Source: an uncultured virus (IMG/VR IMGVR_UViG_3300025009_000079) (Duplodnaviria; Heunggongvirae; Uroviricota; Caudoviricetes). From it: a DNA stretch of 64,000 bases. A program made the translations under genes and the position numbers. The DNA is taken from IMG/VR virus record IMGVR_UViG_3300025009_000079. One strand, given 5' to 3'. Below, in pieces: positions 58,561 through 64,000 of this stretch (its first letter is position 1; every line of letters begins with the position of its first letter). The notes under the pieces are model-generated. The model saw nothing but the letters and a program-made list of their open reading frames with translations. It ran no database searches and was not told the DNA's origin.

Positions 58561-58731
58561 ATGAAGATTAAATTGGCCCAATACGAATTGGAAATGGACC
58601 AGGACTGCAAAAACATCGCGGATGGTTGGGAGATATTCCCTTCGGCAGTCAACGAGCTCCACATTTCGCCCACTGATTTTACCCGTGCGGAGCAGACCAC
58701 GGACGATAGCATCATCGTCCGTGAGGAGTAA
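58561..58731 (+). CDS. Hypothetical early protein (56 aa)
   Basis: Bounded by repeat elements. Confidence 0.55.
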   Translation: MKIKLAQYELEMDQDCKNIADGWEIFPSAVNELHISPTDFTRAEQTTDDSIIVREE

Positions 58732-58824
58732 ATCCTGATTTCCCCCTACGCTCTCTTAACCGGGAGCGCGGGGAGAAGGCAGGCGAAGCAGACGACAACC
58801 ACAAAAAGGAAGGGAGAACGACCA

Positions 58825-59103
58825 ATGCAATTCTCAGCACTCGGCCTTCAAGCCGATCACGACGAAAACGGAATCCTGCGGGTCAACGCAGGCGGTGAAA
58901 CCAATCACGAGATGCCCATGACCGGCATCGACGCAAACGAACTGGCGCGGGACTGCTACTTTTATCTCCTCGAAGGGGACGTTCCCGAAGAATGGCTTGA
59001 GGCGCACAACATGGAGAGCAGGATCTCCGATGCGCTCCAGACCGAAAGTCGGGATGCGCTGGTGAAATTAGAGGAAGAGGTTCTCGACTTCTTCCGCGAC
59101 TAA
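58825..59103 (+). CDS. Acidic hypothetical early protein
   Basis: SD in repeat element. Confidence 0.6.
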   Translation: MQFSALGLQADHDENGILRVNAGGETNHEMPMTGIDANELARDCYFYLLEGDVPEEWLEAHNMESRISDALQTESRDALVKLEEEVLDFFRD

Positions 59104-59141
59104 CCCACCGAGCCCGCTTCGGCGGGCGGAAAGGATAACCC

Positions 59142-59330
59142 ATGGAAGAGAAAACCCAGGTAACCGTGAGACTCCCAGACAGTTTGGTTTGGGGGCTCAA
59201 AAAGGAAGTGGTCCGGCAACGGATTAACCTCCAGACCGCCGTACAGCGCGCTATCGAGCAGTGGCTCGCTTCAACAGATGGAGAGAAAGACCGTTTCGAG
59301 GGTCTCCCAGTGCCCAGGGAGGGCATGTAG
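59142..59330 (+). CDS. RHH DNA-binding protein
   Basis: QVTVRLPDSL...LQTAVQRAIEQWL. Confidence 0.7.
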   Translation: MEEKTQVTVRLPDSLVWGLKKEVVRQRINLQTAVQRAIEQWLASTDGEKDRFEGLPVPREGM

Positions 59331-59332
59331 CC

Positions 59333-59518
59333 ATGAACTTACTCGTAAATTCTCCAATAGAAGACCCAATGACACCGGCGTACATGCGGCAACTCATCCT
59401 TTCCGATGACGGTAAGCCGAGCGGTAGGGATCTGGCCTGCGTCTTGGATGTGACCCAGACCGTGATCCTGCCCGAGTGGGATAGGGTCGTGGTGGGTGGC
59501 GAAGTGGAAGAAGATTAG
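59333..59518 (+). CDS. Hypothetical protein
   Basis: Follows the RHH gene. Confidence 0.45.
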   Translation: MNLLVNSPIEDPMTPAYMRQLILSDDGKPSGRDLACVLDVTQTVILPEWDRVVVGGEVEED

Positions 59519-59547
59519 GACTAATCACACAAAAAGGAGAGGTAACT

Positions 59548-59976
59548 ATGACAATCGACCAGATGGTTGAAGAGTTTCAGTGTCCAGGCTGCGTATTGGG
59601 CAGTGACACGTCATGCGGATCATACAACTACGACGCCAACGAGTTGCGGTGCATCTCGCACGTATGCGGGACAATGATCGGTTTCGGGAATACCGTTGCT
59701 CTCGGGCTCCCCAAGGGCTTCAACAAAACTGGATGGCACAAGGACGGCACGCCCCGAAACAAAATGTCCATCCGTTTGTACCCTGAGGGCCAGAAGCCGG
59801 CATGGGATCACCTCAACGTGCCTGTATGGGCCATGGAAGAGAACGGCTTTCTCTTCGTCCGCACATTTGCGCCTCGAATAGATGCCACATGGGTGGACGT
59901 GATCGAGGGCGGGAACATGGGAATGGTGCCAGAATCAACTATCGACGTCGGTGAGTTTGTTGATGAGATCGACTAA
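59548..59976 (+). CDS. Hypothetical protein
   Basis: QCPGC; FLFVRTFAPRI. Confidence 0.65.
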   Translation: MTIDQMVEEFQCPGCVLGSDTSCGSYNYDANELRCISHVCGTMIGFGNTVALGLPKGFNKTGWHKDGTPRNKMSIRLYPEGQKPAWDHLNVPVWAMEENGFLFVRTFAPRIDATWVDVIEGGNMGMVPESTIDVGEFVDEID

Positions 59977-60001
59977 CCCAGATAAGGAGGGAAGCAAAAC
60001 C

Positions 60002-60232
60002 ATGAATCCAGAGAAGCACGAAATCATAGAAGAACTGGCAGACGACTTCGGTAAATTCCGCAAGGATTATTCCGGGCGCGGAATGTACGGGGAAACGTGT
60101 GTTGGAATCGTGACGGGCGACCCCACCGGATGTATCGAGGAGGCCGAAGCCCGTGGTGTGCGCGGGGCTGTCACCGACAGTATGGGACTGTCAATAATCG
60201 TGTACTGGCCGAAGGTGAAGTATCCCGATTAA
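60002..60232 (+). CDS. Hypothetical phage protein
   Basis: YSGRGMYGETCVGI...DSMGL.IVYWP. Confidence 0.7.
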   Translation: MNPEKHEIIEELADDFGKFRKDYSGRGMYGETCVGIVTGDPTGCIEEAEARGVRGAVTDSMGLSIIVYWPKVKYPD

Positions 60233-60253
60233 CCCAAATAAGGAGGGCCTATC

Positions 60254-60607
60254 ATGACAGGATTTGATGTCTACCTCATCACCAGATGCGGGGCAATACA
60301 AGCGTTGTTCATTGTCGTGGCTATTGTAAGTGGGGTATTGGGAATCATCGCACTGGCGATAGAAGTCCTGGATGAGGACAATGAATTACCGCCACTAAAA
60401 AAATGGATAGCCGCTTCATGTATTATCTGTGGCATTTCGTCGGTGGGTGCTGTCTTGATGCCAGACACGAAAGAAGCCGCGGCAATCTACCTGCTGCCCA
60501 AAATAGCCAACAACGAACAGGTTGGCGCTATCCCGAGCAAAACATTAAGCGTCCTGGAAGGGAAGCTTGATGAGTGGATCAAAGATATGGGCAAGGATGA
60601 CGATTAA
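60254..60607 (+). CDS. Membrane protein
   Basis: Two TM segments, MPDTKEAAAIYLLP. Confidence 0.7.
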   Translation: MTGFDVYLITRCGAIQALFIVVAIVSGVLGIIALAIEVLDEDNELPPLKKWIAASCIICGISSVGAVLMPDTKEAAAIYLLPKIANNEQVGAIPSKTLSVLEGKLDEWIKDMGKDDD

Positions 60608-60771
60608 CCCAAACAAGGAGGGCCATGGAGAATTTCTTGCAGTGATCCTGTGTTAGTTGATACAAGTGGATTTGATATTTTGTTGGGGGATCGGGACGCC
60701 GGTCAAGGTTCTTGCCCTTCTCGCAAGGACCACCCCAACATCCACAATCTTTCAACTGAGAAGGAGTTGAG

Positions 60772-61413
60772 ATGTCAAACATTACCGTTAATGATCCCCG
60801 CTTCAAGCAGTATGGCCTAGTGCCAATTCGTTCAAATGTATGTGTATCAATTGACATTAATGCCACCAAATTGGTTTATGGTGATTGTGATAGGGAACAG
60901 AAGCATGTTCCTTGGTTCTCATCAGATACGATGTCTCAAAGCAACGTACCTGGGATTGACTTTTATATAGAAAAGGAAGATGTTGACTTTCTGATTGCCA
61001 AATATCACAAGGACGTAACTGAGTCCATTAATGAAGTGCTAGATGAATGCGACAATTGCATCGAAACTGGATTACTAGAATACAGAAAGAAAAGAAAAAG
61101 AAATAGGACTTCTAAATTGATATCTTCTGCCCTTTCTCCAACGAGACACGCAGGCCACATATATGTTATGCGGGCAGGCAACACATCCATGTTCAAAATT
61201 GGATACACAACAAGGTCTCCACTGTCACGGATGCGTGATATTCAAACAAGTTGCCCGTATGAACTTGATCTCTATTCAGGGTTTGAAACCGATGACTGTC
61301 TTGTCTGTGAAGCTAGGATGCACGGAATTCTGTCTGAATATAGGACCATTGGAGAATGGTTTGATGCCGACACTGAAACAATAGATTCAGCTATTGATTC
61401 CATGTTCCGATAG
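60772..61413 (+). CDS. GIY-YIG (T5orf172-like) domain protein
   Basis: GHIYVM...FKIGYT...RMRDIQTSCP...GEWF. Confidence 0.85.
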   Translation: MSNITVNDPRFKQYGLVPIRSNVCVSIDINATKLVYGDCDREQKHVPWFSSDTMSQSNVPGIDFYIEKEDVDFLIAKYHKDVTESINEVLDECDNCIETGLLEYRKKRKRNRTSKLISSALSPTRHAGHIYVMRAGNTSMFKIGYTTRSPLSRMRDIQTSCPYELDLYSGFETDDCLVCEARMHGILSEYRTIGEWFDADTETIDSAIDSMFR

Positions 61414-61536
61414 TGACGCTAAAAAGCGCTGTCGTGAAAAAACCAAAGCCCCCAAGGAACCGATTTTCCAAGGGGGCCAGCCTCACCACGTGAAGCCGCT
61501 CAAAGCCGCGTGGTGCCCGTCTGGTTCATTGCCTGG

Positions 61537-61752
61537 TTATGCACTGGTTTTCTCTCGCTTAACCCCGCAAAACGGGCAATAAGCCGCCACAATCGTGCGG
61601 GCTCGGCCCCGTTTCTTCTTCTCAACCTTTTCGGATGAGATCACGATATCCACCCACATTTGGGACATATCCTCAGATAAGCTGAGGGCGGTCCCGACTC
61701 GTGTATTGTATTGCGCCAACTGAGCATCCACCTTCTCTAAACACTCACACAT
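61537..61752 (-). CDS. Small Cys protein
   Basis: MCEC...YCPFCG. Confidence 0.65.
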   Translation of the reverse strand: MCECLEKVDAQLAQYNTRVGTALSLSEDMSQMWVDIVISSEKVEKKKRGRARTIVAAYCPFCGVKREKTSA

Positions 61753-61957
61753 CTTCTCTCCCCTCGCGGCCTAACGTGGCGATAACCCGCGCCGGCCTAC
61801 TCCGACCCACGCAGCACATCGGACGTGCTGGCCCTCACGGGACACCCGGTCTCGGTGCAATCCCGAACCATCTCCCAAAACCAGCACTCCCCGACATCAA
61901 CGCCGATTGCCTTTCGCCACGGGCAGTGCAGCCAATTTACCAGGACCTTCCACGCCA

Positions 61958-62443
61958 TCACCAATCCCCCAAAATACCCACCAAAGCATTCCCGTCCTTT
62001 CTCCGCAGAATACAAAACCCGTGGCGAATCCACTCGTCCCGTTCATCATCGGTCATATCGCGCTCCAATTTGTGGATTCGGCGCATCTGGTGGGTACGCT
62101 TGCTAATAGCTAATTGTCTGGCTGGGTCCGGCCTCGGCATCTCGCACAATGGACATGCGTCTTGATCCGGCCCCATGTGGATTCCACAGCGGGAGCACGG
62201 GTGCAAAGATTGGTCGATAATTCCTCTGAGCGTGGTCGGCTCCACGTCGCCCGGTGCATTAAAATCCTTTCGACAGTCCCGGCAGTACCCCGAGTCGTCA
62301 ACCTGCCTGTTTTTACCGCACCGTGGGCACATTGCAAACGTCATGGCGTATGATGGTTTGTCGATTTTGGCTGTTCTCTCATACTGGATTCGGCCCGGCT
62401 CCGCGTCGCTCGGTGCGTTGAGTTCTTTTTGATCCTGACACAT
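61958..62443 (-). CDS. Double zinc-ribbon protein
   Basis: CPRC..CRDC, CSRC..CPLC; NAPxDxEP twice. Confidence 0.55.
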   Translation of the reverse strand: MCQDQKELNAPSDAEPGRIQYERTAKIDKPSYAMTFAMCPRCGKNRQVDDSGYCRDCRKDFNAPGDVEPTTLRGIIDQSLHPCSRCGIHMGPDQDACPLCEMPRPDPARQLAISKRTHQMRRIHKLERDMTDDERDEWIRHGFCILRRKDGNALVGILGDW

Positions 62444-62655
62444 CAAAAATCCTCCTCATACACCCCATCGTCAATGACATGTAGGGCATCCATGACCGCC
62501 GTAACCTCGGAATCCCTTGGCGAGATCGATCCTTCCGCCCCGAGCTTTGTCAGCATCCGGTTAATGGCGTGGTACAGTGGCTTCCACGAGCGGTTGCTCA
62601 GTGGATGATCTGTTCTTGGCGTTGTCGCTTTCTCCAGGTCTAGCCCTTCAAACAT
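62443..62655 (-). CDS. Hypothetical protein
   Basis: GGAGG SD. Confidence 0.55.
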   Translation of the reverse strand: MFEGLDLEKATTPRTDHPLSNRSWKPLYHAINRMLTKLGAEGSISPRDSEVTAVMDALHVIDDGVYEEDF

Positions 62656-62925
62656 TTTGTCCTACCTCCATCCATCACCACGTGTCAATCTCAACCTGAA
62701 ACCCAAGCCATGCAACGATGCACTCACCGAGCCCGGTGATAATCTTGGGCCTCAGTCTCCAATAACCGGGCTTCCAGTAGAACGTAAAGCTGATCAATTC
62801 CAACCTCCTTAATGCAATGTGTCACCAGCGCCCCGTGGTTGATTTCCAAAAGTCACCGTGTAGGATTTTACGTTTTTACCCCTTGCGTCGATTCACGGGC
62901 AAATTTCGAGCCTTCTGATGGCATT

Positions 62926-63366
62926 TTAATCGTTGAGCGCAACTATCGAAATCAACATACCGGGACGCTCTCCATCCCTCACGTACCGCTTTTCAATCTG
63001 ACCCTCACATACCTGGCAGTCATCCCGCCACATGCCGAGCTGAGTGAGGACATCGAGCACCGCTTTGTCTAAATTATCACGGTCGGGCCGGCCAGTGTGA
63101 AAAGCCGGAGCATCCAGCCTCAACTGGTCAGAGTGTTTCCCGGTCCGATAGTGCCCCTTGATCCGCGGGAAGCGAAAACATGCACTCACTGAGACCGGTC
63201 CCTCAATCGGCTTATCCGGGAGATGCTTCCGCGCCTCGATAGCCACGAGGGCTTTCCAGTCATCGGCCGAATGATCTGGATGAATGGAGGCGTGTTTCCC
63301 GCGGATAAATGCTCTGCCTCGCGGCTGGCCCTTCGGGATTCCGATCACGTCGAAGTCAATGCTCAT
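62926..63366 (-). CDS. rusA: RusA-family Holliday junction resolvase
   Basis: GIPKGQPRGR, RPDRDNLDKAVLDVL...WRDDCQV. Confidence 0.9.
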   Translation of the reverse strand: MSIDFDVIGIPKGQPRGRAFIRGKHASIHPDHSADDWKALVAIEARKHLPDKPIEGPVSVSACFRFPRIKGHYRTGKHSDQLRLDAPAFHTGRPDRDNLDKAVLDVLTQLGMWRDDCQVCEGQIEKRYVRDGERPGMLISIVALND

Positions 63367-63499
63367 TAGATCTTTCCTCCCCATCTCAAAAGATACCGCA
63401 TCATCCCCATGGCGACCAGGCACGTTTGCGGGTCGTTGGTGCAGCGGCCTTCAGCTTGTTTGTGGCAGTGGATTTGGTGTTTTTTTAGGGGGCACATGC

Positions 63500-63691
63500 T
63501 TATCTCCCGTCGTGCGCGTCATAACACACCTTGCAGACCGTTCGGCAAAATGGAGAATCCCAATTAATTTCCCCCTCAAAAAACGGAAGCCCATATTCCT
63601 CGTAAACCTCCAGACCACACAGGGCACAATCTGCCGTTTGTCGATCCAGCTGGATAATCTGCCAAATTCCGTGTTTCTTTAGGGGGCACAC
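63500..63691 (-). CDS. Small zinc-binding protein
   Basis: CALC...CKVC. Confidence 0.45.
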   Translation of the reverse strand: MCPLKKHGIWQIIQLDRQTADCALCGLEVYEEYGLPFFEGEINWDSPFCRTVCKVCYDAHDGR

Positions 63692-63693
63692 GG

Positions 63694-63951
63694 CTACTCC
63701 TTGCTCTCAATTTGGAGCCTGTCAGCAATTCCAACTTTCACCACTTCATCCCCCGTGATTTGCCCATACTCATCCCCAAGATATGAAATCATGTTTCGAT
63801 TGGAGTTGTTCGCTCTGTGGATTCCAGTTAAGAGGCCCGGTGACTTACTCATTGACGCCGGGAGTCCGTTATAGATTTTCATGAAGTCCTTTCGCTTCCA
63901 CTCCAGATCATCCACGAGCCATTCACCGGATTGAATCCATCCACCCATCAA
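63694..63951 (-). CDS. Hypothetical protein (may be the 3' part of a gene outside the window)
   Basis: ORF at window edge. Confidence 0.4.
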   Translation of the reverse strand: MMGGWIQSGEWLVDDLEWKRKDFMKIYNGLPASMSKSPGLLTGIHRANNSNRNMISYLGDEYGQITGDEVVKVGIADRLQIESKE

Positions 63952-64000
63952 CTCGATGGTTCGCGCTATTCTGCCATCCTGAAACTCGACGGTTCGATAC

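Larger units (their letters stand above)
58117..58787 (+). repeat. Identical 58-bp intergenic repeat (58117-58174, 58730-58787), part of a stem-loop family
   Basis: Direct comparison. Confidence 0.95.

Noticed and set aside
58117..58787. 58-bp repeats as CRISPR or IS ends
   Set aside because: Separated by whole genes; no cas or transposase.

Overview
The window is a tailed-phage genome segment with podovirus-like organisation. It contains no rRNA, tRNA, integrase or CRISPR that I can see. A long minus-strand morphogenesis block (about 5.6-42 kb) carries terminase large subunit, portal, scaffold, major capsid, tail adaptor and nozzle, internal/ejection proteins, two beta-helix tailspikes and an FN3 protein. 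It is flanked by accessory regions encoding a sigma70-type factor, an HD (p)ppGpp-hydrolase-like protein, HNH, GIY-YIG and RusA nucleases, and a plus-strand early-type array of short genes separated by a repeated stem-loop. The top finding is a 289-aa intein in the terminase Walker A motif. Its central region is not an endonuclease in its own frame but is the antisense read-through of a complete HTH-HNH endonuclease gene on the opposite strand, with its own sigma70-like promoter and Shine-Dalgarno (SD). A second, LAGLIDADG-type intein interrupts the lytic transglycosylase motif of a large modular virion protein. All calls come from reading motifs by eye; no database searches were run.
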